A stretch of DNA of 64,000 nt from an uncultured cyanobacterium (lineage in GTDB: Bacteria; Cyanobacteriota; Cyanobacteriia; Cyanobacteriales; Cyanobacteriaceae). Below the pieces are notes generated by a model, which was not told the origin of the DNA, ran no database searches, and was given only the letters and a program-made list of their open reading frames with translations. The stretch lies in assembly GCA_963710605.1 (NCBI GenBank), contig CAVQBA010000005.1, positions 192,001 through 256,000 of the forward strand. The letters are read 5' to 3'. A program made the position numbers and the translations under genes. Every line of letters starts with the position of its first letter. Positions within the stretch are counted from its first letter, which is position 1. Shown here in pieces: positions 1 to 15,533 of the stretch.

Positions 1-617
1 CTAGGCTTTAACATATCTAATTTTTCTCGATCAGATTTATTATTAGTCACCATCAGAATTGTTTTGCTTTCTTCAATACATTCTTTAATCTGTTTCCAGA
101 AGGCATTATAACCGCTTTCATCTAAATTTCGGGTAGGTTCGTCTAATATTAATAAAGTAGGATTTCCCACTAATGCTAAGGCAAAGTATAACCTTTGTTT
201 TTGTCCTCCTGATAAGTCTGTAGCCCAAGATTCTGCTTGATCTTTTAAATCTACTTTGCTTAATACTTCTTCTACACTCAAAGAATTAACATAATAACTT
301 TGCCATAAAGAAATTAATTCTTTGACTTTAATGTTGCTTGGTATTCCAGTGTTTTGAAGTACATAACCTATTTTCATTTTAGAAAGGGGATCTTGAGGAG
401 ATAAACCCATTAATTTAACAGTGCCATGATTAGGCTTAATTAAACCTAAAATTAAGTTTAATAAGGTAGTTTTTCCTGAGCCATTTTCCCCTTTTAAGAC
501 TAAAAATTCTCCTTGTTTCAGGTTTAAATTAATATTTTCTAACACTTTATTGCTGTTAGGAGAAAATATATTTTTTCTGAAGGTTTTAGATACTTGTTCT
601 ATTTCAATTACATTCAT
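1..617 (-). CDS. ABC transporter ATP-binding protein (3' end runs off the window)
   Basis: Manual translation from ATG at 617: MNVIEIEQVSKTF...GENGSGKTT (Walker A)...LSGGQKQRL (signature)...LILDEPT (Walker B). Confidence 0.9.
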   Translation of the reverse strand, partial: MNVIEIEQVSKTFRKNIFSPNSNKVLENINLNLKQGEFLVLKGENGSGKTTLLNLILGLIKPNHGTVKLMGLSPQDPLSKMKIGYVLQNTGIPSNIKVKELISLWQSYYVNSLSVEEVLSKVDLKDQAESWATDLSGGQKQRLYFALALVGNPTLLILDEPTRNLDESGYNAFWKQIKECIEESKTILMVTNNKSDREKLDMLKP

Positions 618-645
618 GTCAAATATTAAGGATCAACAATATTTT

Positions 646-1053
646 TTACGAAGCCTGTGTCACAAACCAAATTAATACCGCAATTCCCACCGCCGGAAGT
701 AAAGAGACTCCCATCGTAGTTGCGATCGCATAACCAGCAATACCACCAATAAGTGCTAGTAAATTACCTGTTGCAGAGTGAGCCGAACCGTTTTCACAAT
801 TTACACTAGCTACACAGATATTTGTATCCCCAGAAAAAATTGAAACAGTAGCAATGATAGCTACAACTAAAATTCCTCCGAGAATAATAGTTTTCAAATT
901 CGATGAAAAACCAAATTGATGATTCTTTGTCATCATATTTTCTTGTGGTAATGGAGTCGATAATTTTATCTTTTCTTTATCTTTGATGATGTTAGAAGGA
1001 TTGGTTTGTGTAGAGGTGATGTCTTGAGACTGTGTTTCTGGTTTCATAGTCAT
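646..1053 (-). CDS. Small membrane protein of unknown function, upstream of the ABC ATPase
   Basis: 135-aa ORF with 2-3 hydrophobic Gly/Ala-rich segments and a CxxxxxC; same strand as and 28 bp from the ABC gene. Confidence 0.6.
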   Translation of the reverse strand: MTMKPETQSQDITSTQTNPSNIIKDKEKIKLSTPLPQENMMTKNHQFGFSSNLKTIILGGILVVAIIATVSIFSGDTNICVASVNCENGSAHSATGNLLALIGGIAGYAIATTMGVSLLPAVGIAVLIWFVTQAS

Positions 1054-1071
1054 TTACTCTGTTAATGAAAG

Positions 1072-1369
1072 TGTAGAGTGACAATAAAGTTGGTAACTTT
1101 CAACCTATTAAAGCCTTATTACTTCGTCAATAAAAATTGAAACTAAATAAATAAAGTTGGTAACTAAAGACTAACTAAGCTTTTTCTCTACAATTTTAAT
1201 GACAATAAAGTTAGTAACTTTTCTGAAAACTATATAGATGAATGTGTTTACAATATAATTTTTTAAATTAAATTATTAAAACTTTTGTTTAAGATCGCAA
1301 TCGTGCTACGCCTGCCGCTTTAAGCGATCGACAAATCTTTTTGTAATAGGATAATAAAGTTGTATAACT
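1072..1369 (+). repeat. Tn7 left end: TGT terminus plus spaced TnsB-binding sites
   Basis: AATAAAGTTGGTAACT at 1083-1098 and 1150-1165, AATAAAGTTAGTAACT at 1204-1219, degenerate copy at 1353-1369; reverse complement of the right-end repeats; 8-bp TGT terminus followed by GACAATAAAGT as in Tn7. Confidence 0.85.
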
Positions 1370-1883
1370 TAGGTAATACCTTATTTTATAATAATCATAT
1401 ACTAGTTATTTAATTAAAAATAAAATCTACTGTCCTAAGCTATCTTCAGTCTTGAAATGTTACATCATTTTCAATAAGATTCGATCGACTTCAGTCGCCG
1501 CTGCGCGATCGTGTAGTACCGTTCTACGCACAATCGCAAATGTGATTAATTGTCAAAATCGATCGAGTAGTAATACTAAGAAATTGAGGAAATGAGAATC
1601 TCTAAAGTTATCATCCGATTAAAAAACTGAGGGAAAATCTAGATTAGTACTACTAAGGCGTATTATTTTGAGAATATGAGAACTCAAAAAGATACACTTA
1701 TTAGTTAATTCATACGATCGCTATTAGTAATTTAATAACTTTGTCATGAAGAGTAAAAGTTATTATTTTTTTTATTTTTCCCTCCAGTGATTGTACTCCG
1801 TAATATCTAAGCTCCTCTTATTTTTAACTTGACGAAATAAATTTCTACAAGTGACAAATAATTTGCCACTTATGGAAATCGAT

Positions 1884-2543
1884 TTAGCAACCCATCGGTG
1901 AATGACAATCACCATAAAAAGGATCGATCGGTTTGACTGGATTGGGACGAGAATTATTTTGAGTTGATGTATTATTTTCAATCGGAATATTTCGATCGTT
2001 ACTCGGTTGCGAATTATTAGACATACCACCACTAATCCATCCATCTAAAACTAGACCCATAAGTAATAATTGTGCAGCTACTTGTTGTTGTCTGATTTGC
2101 TGTTGTTTTTCAATATAAGCTTGTTGTTCGCTTGGAGAAAGACTTTCAAAATAAGCTCTTCTTCTGACTGCTTCTTGAATTTCTTGTTCTTTTGCCGCCG
2201 CACGAGCTTGTGCAAGTTCTTCTTGTCTTCTTTTTCTTTCTTCTAAACGTATTTGACGTTGCTGTTCGGCTATTTCTCTTTTTTCTCGTTTTTCTTCACG
2301 TACTTTTTCTTGCTCAACTATGTCTAATACATCATCAACTCCCTCCTTTACATCATTAAATACATCCCAAAAACCAGCAGTCAATATATTGTCTGACGGT
2401 TGTGAGAGTAATAAATCAGCAGTATCGATCGTATTGGGTTCAATTTTATTTAGTCCATCTTGACTAGCGGATACAGTCGTAAAACTGCCTGAAACCAAAA
2501 TCAGACTGCTTGCAAGAGTACATATACTTTTATTTCTTTTCAT
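1884..2543 (-). CDS. Secreted coiled-coil hypothetical protein
   Basis: N-terminal signal-peptide-like segment (…TVSA|SQ), long E/Q/R-rich helix, C-terminal CHSPMGC. Confidence 0.65.
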   Translation of the reverse strand: MKRNKSICTLASSLILVSGSFTTVSASQDGLNKIEPNTIDTADLLLSQPSDNILTAGFWDVFNDVKEGVDDVLDIVEQEKVREEKREKREIAEQQRQIRLEERKRRQEELAQARAAAKEQEIQEAVRRRAYFESLSPSEQQAYIEKQQQIRQQQVAAQLLLMGLVLDGWISGGMSNNSQPSNDRNIPIENNTSTQNNSRPNPVKPIDPFYGDCHSPMGC

Positions 2544-2625
2544 AATTAATCTGTGTTTGTATTAACTGAGTTGTTTCGATTAATAACTAGAATAAATTAA
2601 TTATGAGGAATAATCATGTTGCTCG

Positions 2626-2634
2626 TGCGAACAA
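2626..2634 (-). promoter_or_regulatory. Cargo motif TTGTTCGCA, ~83 bp upstream of the 219-aa gene
   Basis: Minus strand reads ATTTAGTTGTTCGCA; CATAAT about 20 nt downstream. Confidence 0.6.
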
Positions 2635-2806
2635 CTAAATATATGTAGAAGATTGATGTTAAAACTTTTACAGTTAATAGGTTTGAGATTTTGGTGATAT
2701 TTTCAAACAAGATAAGATAGACGATCGAATAGTCAAAATCGATCTTATTTTCTTTCTGTGTTGAGAAGATACAATTATTGAAAGAAAGTTCTTTTTCTCA
2801 ACGAAA

Positions 2807-3670
2807 TTAGTGAGTTAAACTAGAAAAATACTCAAACCATTGTTTTACATTAATTTTCGCTCCTGCGGCATTTTTATGACCACCACCACCATAGTGTTTA
2901 GCTACTTGCGATACATCAGCACCACCATTTTTACGACTACGAAGGTTAATCACGATCGTATCATCAATACAACTCCACATCACTACATATGGTGCTTGAG
3001 GAAATTTATCATACATAGCTTGACAAGTTTCTGAGACCATATGAGGGCTATTAATCATCGGTACTCGATCTGGTTGTTCTGGCAGATTAGCCCAATAAAC
3101 ATTTTTTAATTGATTTTTAACTTGATTTTTTCCTGCTCGAACAATAGTCTTACCTTGTTCGACTAAGTTTGAGACATATCGATCGTCATTTAATAAGTTT
3201 TGCCAAGTATCTAAATCAAAATCAACTAAATTTAATACTGCTTCGGTGAAAGGTTTTGTTTGTTCTATTTCCCATTTCCATAAATCTCGATCGTCAAACA
3301 TCTTTACTGACCAAGGTAAGGGAGATTCGGGGAAGAAGTAATTCCAAGTTAATACTGCTCCCGATTTGTTTAAGTTAAAGAAAGCTCCTGATAATCCCAT
3401 TAACGCCTCTTGGGCTGTTTTATGGTGATCGAGTATAATTACCTTTTGATGATCGTTTTGTAATTCTAAAATGATGTTTCGAGGATAACTGAAGTCTAGT
3501 AGATAGATAACACTGTTTTTCCCCATTTTTGGTACGGGAGATTGGTGATAACCTGCAATGTATTCTACTTTTGTATTGGGATGATGTTCTTGAAAAAATT
3601 TGTATGCGATGGTAGCTGAACAGAATCCATCTAGACAATTGCCATGATAGATAACATAAGTTTTAGTCAT
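2807..3670 (-). CDS. DHH/DHHA1-family phosphoesterase (Nrn-like)
   Basis: Motifs YHGNCLDG, LLDF, ILDHH, and GGGGHKNAAG (DHHA1). Confidence 0.9.
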   Translation of the reverse strand: MTKTYVIYHGNCLDGFCSATIAYKFFQEHHPNTKVEYIAGYHQSPVPKMGKNSVIYLLDFSYPRNIILELQNDHQKVIILDHHKTAQEALMGLSGAFFNLNKSGAVLTWNYFFPESPLPWSVKMFDDRDLWKWEIEQTKPFTEAVLNLVDFDLDTWQNLLNDDRYVSNLVEQGKTIVRAGKNQVKNQLKNVYWANLPEQPDRVPMINSPHMVSETCQAMYDKFPQAPYVVMWSCIDDTIVINLRSRKNGGADVSQVAKHYGGGGHKNAAGAKINVKQWFEYFSSLTH

Positions 3671-3825
3671 TAGTTAGCTAGTTTATTTTGTTAATAGACA
3701 ATAATGTTACGAATACTCGATAACTCTCGAAATATAGTAAGGATTTGAAGAGTTTTCAGAGTAATGTTTAGTTGGTTGCCGATCGATTTTGCTTAATTAG
3801 TTAAAGTAACTTTTTTCTGCTCAAA

Positions 3826-5421
3826 TTACCAAACTTGAATCGATCGAGCTGACATTGCGTTAGCGAAATTATTTCTCTGGGGGTGATTAACTCCAAAAAT
3901 AGTTACTACCTGATAAGCATCATCATCATCAGGATAATTAGATTTAATCCAAACGTAAGAAGGAATACCTAATTTACCTCCTACATCAGCGTTTCCTCTA
4001 TTAGTTTGATTATTAAATCCTTTAAAACAATCGCTACTATAAAGTAAGTTTAATCCTTCTCCTAAGACATCTTTTTTGTAACCTTCTCTATACCAATCGT
4101 CAACTTCACTAGGATATTTTAATTGAGTAGAAGGAATCAAAAATATTCTACTATTATCGTCGAAAACATCTTGATAACGATTTTGTTGATTTCCTAAACT
4201 ATGATTAGCTGGATTACCTTGAGGTTGAATAGCTCGAAAACAATCTAAAACATCTTGAATAAAAATTTGCCAGTCTGACTCTACACAAGGAAGAATAAAA
4301 TCGCTTAATTCCCAAAAGCATCCTCTTAGTCTTCTATTATTTAGATGTAAGGGGCGACGAGAACTTTTTGCAAATCCTCCTATATGAGATGCAAATTTCA
4401 ATAAAGATTCTATTAGCTCGAAATCTTTTTGGTTTTTTGCTTCTAATAAAATTTCACCTTGACAATAGTAAGGCTCTTTTCTTTTACTATCTCCTAAATC
4501 TTCTTCACTTAAAGTAATATCCAAACGAGTAGTACTTTCTTGGTTTAATTGACCAAATAATCGATTTTCTAAACGTTTACTTGTTTGTATATCATATAAG
4601 CCTAAAGCGATCGCTCTGAACCAGTAACGTAAAATACCTCTTAAAGCGATCGGGCGAAATTCCACATCGCCATTCCATTGGTTATCTTTATTCGGAGGAA
4701 ACGCACCATAAACACCTTGAGAATAAAATTGAAAATGATATTCACCAGAATAGGGTAAATTAGCTTTAGCGTTAGCTCGTCCGTAACCAGCATTTACTCT
4801 CGAGCCTATTCCAGCTTGTAACGCTTTTTTTAACCAATTTTTGACAGTTATTAAATCGGCAGATTGATTTTTACCTTTACTTGTCAACATTAAACCAATT
4901 AGAATTTCAGGTTTTTCCATTGACAGAAAAAAGTGAGGCACGGGGTCATATTTTACTCGATTGTTATTTTGCCATGTCCATTGAGGATTAACTATATCAG
5001 TACTCAAACAAGGTTCGGTGGGAAAAGCATCTAAAATTTGTACCGTACCAATACCCTCATCAATATCACCTAAAATTCTTTTTACTTCGGTTAAGCTAAT
5101 TTCTCCTTTTTTAGTATCTTTTTTAGCTTGTGCGAGGATAGCTCCTTTTAAACTGCTAGCTGGAAGATAAGGTACACCATAAACAGGATGAAATACAGGT
5201 AAAAGTAATTCTCGAAAGCCACGCATTCCCCCAACTCGAACACGCCAAGAAAATTCGATTTTGAGGCTTTCGGTAGCTAGTTTTTTTGTTCTTGCTGTTA
5301 ATTTACGATATATTTCATTACAAGTTTGTTCTGCATCTTCTACCGATTCTAAAATTGGGGATATTTGCCTTTCGGTCGTAAGTACTTTTGTATTGAGAGC
5401 TTGTAAAGGATTAATTATCAT
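3826..5421 (-). CDS. cmr6: Type III-B RAMP, Cmr6-Cmr1 fusion
   Basis: N-half GVPYLPASSLKGA...GIGSRVNAGYG (Cmr6-like); C-half EFRPIALRGILRYWFRA...GGFAKSSRR (Cmr1-like); last gene of the cmr operon. Confidence 0.85.
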   Translation of the reverse strand: MIINPLQALNTKVLTTERQISPILESVEDAEQTCNEIYRKLTARTKKLATESLKIEFSWRVRVGGMRGFRELLLPVFHPVYGVPYLPASSLKGAILAQAKKDTKKGEISLTEVKRILGDIDEGIGTVQILDAFPTEPCLSTDIVNPQWTWQNNNRVKYDPVPHFFLSMEKPEILIGLMLTSKGKNQSADLITVKNWLKKALQAGIGSRVNAGYGRANAKANLPYSGEYHFQFYSQGVYGAFPPNKDNQWNGDVEFRPIALRGILRYWFRAIALGLYDIQTSKRLENRLFGQLNQESTTRLDITLSEEDLGDSKRKEPYYCQGEILLEAKNQKDFELIESLLKFASHIGGFAKSSRRPLHLNNRRLRGCFWELSDFILPCVESDWQIFIQDVLDCFRAIQPQGNPANHSLGNQQNRYQDVFDDNSRIFLIPSTQLKYPSEVDDWYREGYKKDVLGEGLNLLYSSDCFKGFNNQTNRGNADVGGKLGIPSYVWIKSNYPDDDDAYQVVTIFGVNHPQRNNFANAMSARSIQVW

Positions 5422-5435
5422 TATCTAGTTACCTC

Positions 5436-5972
5436 CTAATCATTTTTTGGTTCGCCTAATACTGCTACTGCCCAAAAAGACCATTCTTTGGATAATTGAA
5501 TGGCAAGACGATTTAAACCTGTATATCTTCTTAAGGGTAAGTTAATTAAAGTAGATTCGTCATCAACATCAAAATTACTACCACTGAAACTTTTGAGTTT
5601 GATCAAAAACTGTTGATAAACATAACCTTTATATTTAGTATCGGAGGCAGTACCAATGAGGAATTTTTGGGCATCACCACTCAAACGATGAAGCCCCCAT
5701 GTAGAAATATAAGCAGTTAATCCTCTAATAAGGTTACAGGCTTTACTGTCATAACTATTTCCTCCTAATTCTCGATGGAGAATTGTTTTTAATTCAGTTA
5801 AACCTTTATAAGCTTCTTGGCTAAAAGAGCGAGAATCTAGTTTCATCGTAGTCAGTCGCTTTTGAGTAGGTTGTACATTAGATTGATTCATCGTAGATGA
5901 TTTACTAACGTTTGTTGTAGCTGGTACTGTTTTGTTTTGTTGCTTATATTTGTTTTTGCGTTGTTTACCCAT
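5436..5972 (-). CDS. cmr5: Type III-B small subunit (Cmr5/Cas11-like)
   Basis: Small helical protein between cmr4 and cmr6; LTAYISTWGLHRL segment. Confidence 0.65.
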   Translation of the reverse strand: MGKQRKNKYKQQNKTVPATTNVSKSSTMNQSNVQPTQKRLTTMKLDSRSFSQEAYKGLTELKTILHRELGGNSYDSKACNLIRGLTAYISTWGLHRLSGDAQKFLIGTASDTKYKGYVYQQFLIKLKSFSGSNFDVDDESTLINLPLRRYTGLNRLAIQLSKEWSFWAVAVLGEPKND

Positions 5973-6003
5973 AGTATGAAAACTCCTGTCAATTAATATT
6001 GTT

Positions 6004-11280
<5,277 letters not shown>

Positions 11281-11717
11281 TATTATTTAACCATGATATT
11301 GTTATCAGCAACTTTGGCAATCATAAAGTTAATTAAAAATAAATACAATCATTTTCCTGCGAACATCAAAATAGTTAATAATTTGTTAAAAAACTACATT
11401 AAAAATACATATGTTTTAGATCGATCGTTTGGTGTGTCGATACGAGTTTTCGTTAGCTACAAAACGGTAAAATAATCTCTGTAATCTTTGATTTATAGTT
11501 ATTTGAGGTATATTTACATAGAAAGAATAAAAGAGCCTACACACCGAAACAAATCTCTGAAAGCTATATTTTTCGTTGACCTGTGTCGATGCTATATCCA
11601 GACTGTGTTTGAGGTAGGTAATTTTTCTACTTTTGGCATATAATAAGAACAGAAATGGCTGGTGTGTCGATTAGGGGGTTTGAAAGCCTTAGTCTATATG
11701 CTTTCTAGAACGCAACT
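11281..11717. promoter_or_regulatory. Divergent cmr promoter and CRISPR leader
   Basis: AT-rich non-coding region between the cas10 start and the first repeat; TGTGTCGAT at ~11433, ~11582 and ~11663; ATGTTCGCA (minus strand) at 11358-11366. Confidence 0.7.
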
Positions 11718-13140
11718 CTCTGGTTTAACTACTGGAGAACAATTAATGGAAACTTAAACCACAAAATTGCTAGCATAAAACAAATGAACACTCTGGTTTA
11801 ACTACTGGAGAACAATTAATGGAAACATGTCGATAGAGATTTCATCTTTATCGTCGAAAATTGCTCTGGTTTAACTACTGGAGAACAATTAATGGAAACA
11901 TGCCGCCAGAAATTATATTTTGCCCGTAGAACTCAACCTCTGGTTTAACTACTGGAGAACAATTAATGGAAACATTTTCATACTCTTCAATTAATTTTTC
12001 TTGTATTTTTCTCTGGTTTAACTACTGGAGAACAATTAATGGAAACTCTCCTAGTAGGTTTTGTACCCCTTGGAAAAAAGCGTCTCTGGTTTAACTACTG
12101 GAGAACAATTAATGGAAACTTATGAAGCGTGTAGCGCTTTCATAAAATCTTCTAACTCTGGTTTAACTACTGGAGAACAATTAATGGAAACTTTTTTTGA
12201 GTAATTTCTTCTTTTTGTTCTTTTCTCTGGTTTAACTACTGGAGAACAATTAATGGAAACAAAAGATCGCCAACCTGAGGTGAAATTTCACTTCCTCTGG
12301 TTTAACTACTGGAGAACAATTAATGGAAACGGATATACGATTTCTCCGGCTTGAGCTACTTCAACACCAAACTCTGGTTTAACTACTGGAGAACAATTAA
12401 TGGAAACCTCCAGGTGATTCCTGTAACCTTGGGTGAGATCCTACTCTGGTTTAACTACTGGAGAACAATTAATGGAAACTACGATGACCCAGAACACTAG
12501 TAGTCGTTGGTGGGTACAATTCTCTGGTTTAACTACTGGAGAACAATTAATGGAAACTGGTTTGCAAATGAGCATTCAGTGAGACGCTTTACTCTGGTTT
12601 AACTACTGGAGAACAATTAATGGAAACTCCAGCTCTTCATTATCGTTAACTCGGCCAACTTGATTCTCTGGTTTAACTACTGGAGAACAATTAATGGAAA
12701 CTTCTATTAGAGGAACGAGAAGGGCGATTACTCTCCTCCTCTGGTTTAACTACTGGAGAACAATTAATGGAAACTTGCGTTCTTCTTCACAGAAGAGTTG
12801 TTCGAGTTCCCCTCTGGTTTAACTACTGGAGAACAATTAATGGAAACGTTGAATGCATTCTTTAAATCGTTTCCAAATTCTGCTAGGCTCTGGTTTAACG
12901 ATCGGAGAACAATTAATGGAAACGAGACTAAGCTGACAAAACTGTCAGCTTTCAAAAAATTACACTCTGGTTTAACGATCGGAGAACAATTAATGGAAAC
13001 GTTGAGACAAGTACGATCTCCTGTGTGACTGTTAGCTCTGGTTTAACGATCGGAGAACAAACAATTAATGGAAACGAAAAAAGAATCACTGGAGTTACAG
13101 CAATTGCTGTCTCTGGTTTAACGATCGGAGAACAATTAAT
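11718..13140 (+). CRISPR. Type III CRISPR array, 20 repeats and 19 spacers (33-42 bp)
   Basis: 36-bp repeat CTCTGGTTTAACTACTGGAGAACAATTAATGGAAAC (16 copies), then variant ...AACGATCGGAG... (4 copies: one with a 4-bp insertion, the last truncated); ATGGAAAC 3' handle; degenerate end distal to the leader. Confidence 0.98.
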
Positions 13141-13142
13141 AA

Positions 13143-13196
13143 AAGAGGATGAAATTTGCTATTTTTTACAGTGGCAGACTTCATTCTTTTTTTTTG
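13143..13196 (+). terminator. Probable intrinsic terminator after the array
   Basis: Imperfect stem GAGGATGAAATTTGC...GCAGACTTCATTCTT followed by a T-run. Confidence 0.5.
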
Positions 13197-13272
13197 TTGA
13201 CTGATATAGCAGAGAACGAGTTAGTTAAGACATAGTATAAGAACGAACGCTGTACCATCTAAGGATTTTACC

Positions 13273-13300
13273 TTTGCCCTTTGCCCTTTGCCCTTTGCCC
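13273..13300 (+). repeat. Cyanobacterial heptamer short tandem repeat (TTTGCCC)n
   Basis: Four tandem TTTGCCC units. Confidence 0.7.
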
Positions 13301-13802
13301 CTTGCTATAGCAGGGTGTATGAATATTTTGTTATGACGATCGACAATATTTCTAAGCCGACGAATAAAAGCGATCGTATAGCTAAATGAATTTATAATTG
13401 CACTTTTTGTGTTGATGAAAGTCTCCCCTTGGAAGGGGAGGGGCTGTCACCTGAATTTATTTCAGGTGCTTGTAAGCCCCGTGAGAAACACGAGGGGTTG
13501 GCGAGAGTATAAGTAATCACAAATTGATTCGACTATAATTTGTGTTGGAGACGATCGTTTTCATTGTTATAAGCAAGTCAATGAGACAAAGTAAAGTCAA
13601 ATATTACTAAATGTTTCTTATTCGCATCAAAAATAGAGACAATTGTTTTTTTTAAACTAGACTCAGAAATAGTAACTATAGCGTTTTCCATACTTGTGAA
13701 GTACAGTTAGCGATCGACAAGTCCCCCTTAATAAGGGGGACTCGTGGGGGATCGATATGTACCTCGTAATGGTGATAATTGCTATATTAATAGAATGATT
13801 AT

Positions 13803-15533
13803 ATGACTATTCTTATTTGTAACATTGGAACATCAGATTTAGCAGTGAAAGTAGATGGTTATTATTTACCGATTGGGTTCGATCGTATTCAGCCTAATAT
13901 GAATTACAGTGAATTAAGTGAAGAAGAAAAAGATTATTGGGATAATCTACAATTCTATATCACCGAAACTATCTGTCAACCATTGAAAGTAGAAGTTAAA
14001 GAAGAATCACGAGGAGAAAAAAAGTTTTATCGCTACTCTTTTCGAGATTTAACAAAGGCAATTCTTGATAATTACGATGATTGGAAAGACAGAGTTAAAC
14101 CTTGTCGTATTTTAGGAGTCATTGACAAAGCAGTTAAAGAATTTCAAGTTAAAAATATTTATTTCTTTGTTACTAACCAAAAATCGCTTCACCCTCAAGA
14201 CTCGATTTATCTGTTTAAAATTTTAGAAAAATGGTTAAAAGAAAACGATTATGATGTTAATTTATTTGCTAAATACATTCCTGAAGAAATTGTCTTAAAT
14301 AATGAATCTTTAGATCGATTATTAGATTTTTATTACAGTTTTTTTCAAGAATTAATTCATACTTATGATGGTAACGAACAATTACTAGTAAGCCTCAAAG
14401 GTGGTATTCCGAATATGCAGACTGCATTAAAAATGCAAACTATATCTGCACCAATGTCAAAACAACTTTTTCTTAATCCTCAGCTATCACTCAAAAATGT
14501 TTTATCAGGTAAAAATTCTGATTGTGAATTAACTTCTTTTTGGCAATATACCCGCAGTCAAAAATACAATACAGTTAAGCAACTTTTAAATAGATGGGAT
14601 TTTGATGGGTGTACTGAAATTCTTAACGATTGGAATAAAACTTTAACATTTTTTATCGAGCAAGAAGTACTTCAAAAAAGTTTAATTAAACAGAATCGAA
14701 GAACTACAGAATTAGTTAAAAGCGTACTTAAAGCTGGGCTTTCGGCATTTAATTTAGATATTAGTTCGAGCCGAAATATCATTAAATCTGCGTTAGAAAA
14801 TACACCGCCACAATTAGTTAATAATCTGAGTGATATTCAAAGTCAGCTTGAAGAAAGTAACTACGATAATTTACTAAATATTTATACTCAATGTTGCATT
14901 TATGACGAATTAGGACAAACAGCTAATATGCTTTCTAGTATGATGTCTTTTTACGATATTATGCTTCAAAAAATGATTAAAATAATCGGAGGAAAACAAT
15001 ATCTAACTAGTCTGTATCATATTAAACTTGAACACTTTAAAAATGATATTGGAAATGAATTATTTTCTCAATTTAAAGACTTAGAAAAGAATGTATATGG
15101 TAAATATCACAATATAAAATTCAATCGTTTTAGTAAAGTAAATTATATTAATATTTTAGTAAAACATCGCTCTCAAAATTTAAAGATAACTAATCAAATA
15201 AATTATTGGAATGAAATAGAATATCAACTACAAGATAATAATACAGCCAAAGGTATTTTAGGTTTACTAGAAAGTTTAGAATATTGGGCTGATTTTCGTA
15301 ATAAAACAGTTCATCATGCTGAGGGTATTTCTCCTGCACGACTAACAGAAGCTAATCAAAATCGTCCTGATGGCGCTTGTTCTTACGATGAGATATTATG
15401 GATTATAGAACAAATTCTGACTAGTCCTTTAATTGCCTCAAAACGGGATTACAAAAAGGATTTTGTAGCTACTGAAAAATACTATATTTATTCAGATATT
15501 AAAAAATGGGCGATCGATACTTTAATTTATTAG
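13803..15533 (+). CDS. CARF-domain plus HEPN-motif type III ancillary effector (Csx1/Csm6-like)
   Basis: N-terminal ILICNIGTSD strand, FFVTNQ...QDS, VSLKGGIPNM (CARF-like); C-terminal RNKTVH (R-x4-H HEPN motif); adjacent to the array. Confidence 0.75.
   Translation: MTILICNIGTSDLAVKVDGYYLPIGFDRIQPNMNYSELSEEEKDYWDNLQFYITETICQPLKVEVKEESRGEKKFYRYSFRDLTKAILDNYDDWKDRVKPCRILGVIDKAVKEFQVKNIYFFVTNQKSLHPQDSIYLFKILEKWLKENDYDVNLFAKYIPEEIVLNNESLDRLLDFYYSFFQELIHTYDGNEQLLVSLKGGIPNMQTALKMQTISAPMSKQLFLNPQLSLKNVLSGKNSDCELTSFWQYTRSQKYNTVKQLLNRWDFDGCTEILNDWNKTLTFFIEQEVLQKSLIKQNRRTTELVKSVLKAGLSAFNLDISSSRNIIKSALENTPPQLVNNLSDIQSQLEESNYDNLLNIYTQCCIYDELGQTANMLSSMMSFYDIMLQKMIKIIGGKQYLTSLYHIKLEHFKNDIGNELFSQFKDLEKNVYGKYHNIKFNRFSKVNYINILVKHRSQNLKITNQINYWNEIEYQLQDNNTAKGILGLLESLEYWADFRNKTVHHAEGISPARLTEANQNRPDGACSYDEILWIIEQILTSPLIASKRDYKKDFVATEKYYIYSDIKKWAIDTLIY

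Noticed and set aside
12764-13028. ORFs 12764-12955(-) and 12798-13028(+)
   Set aside because: They lie inside the CRISPR array and translate repeats and spacers
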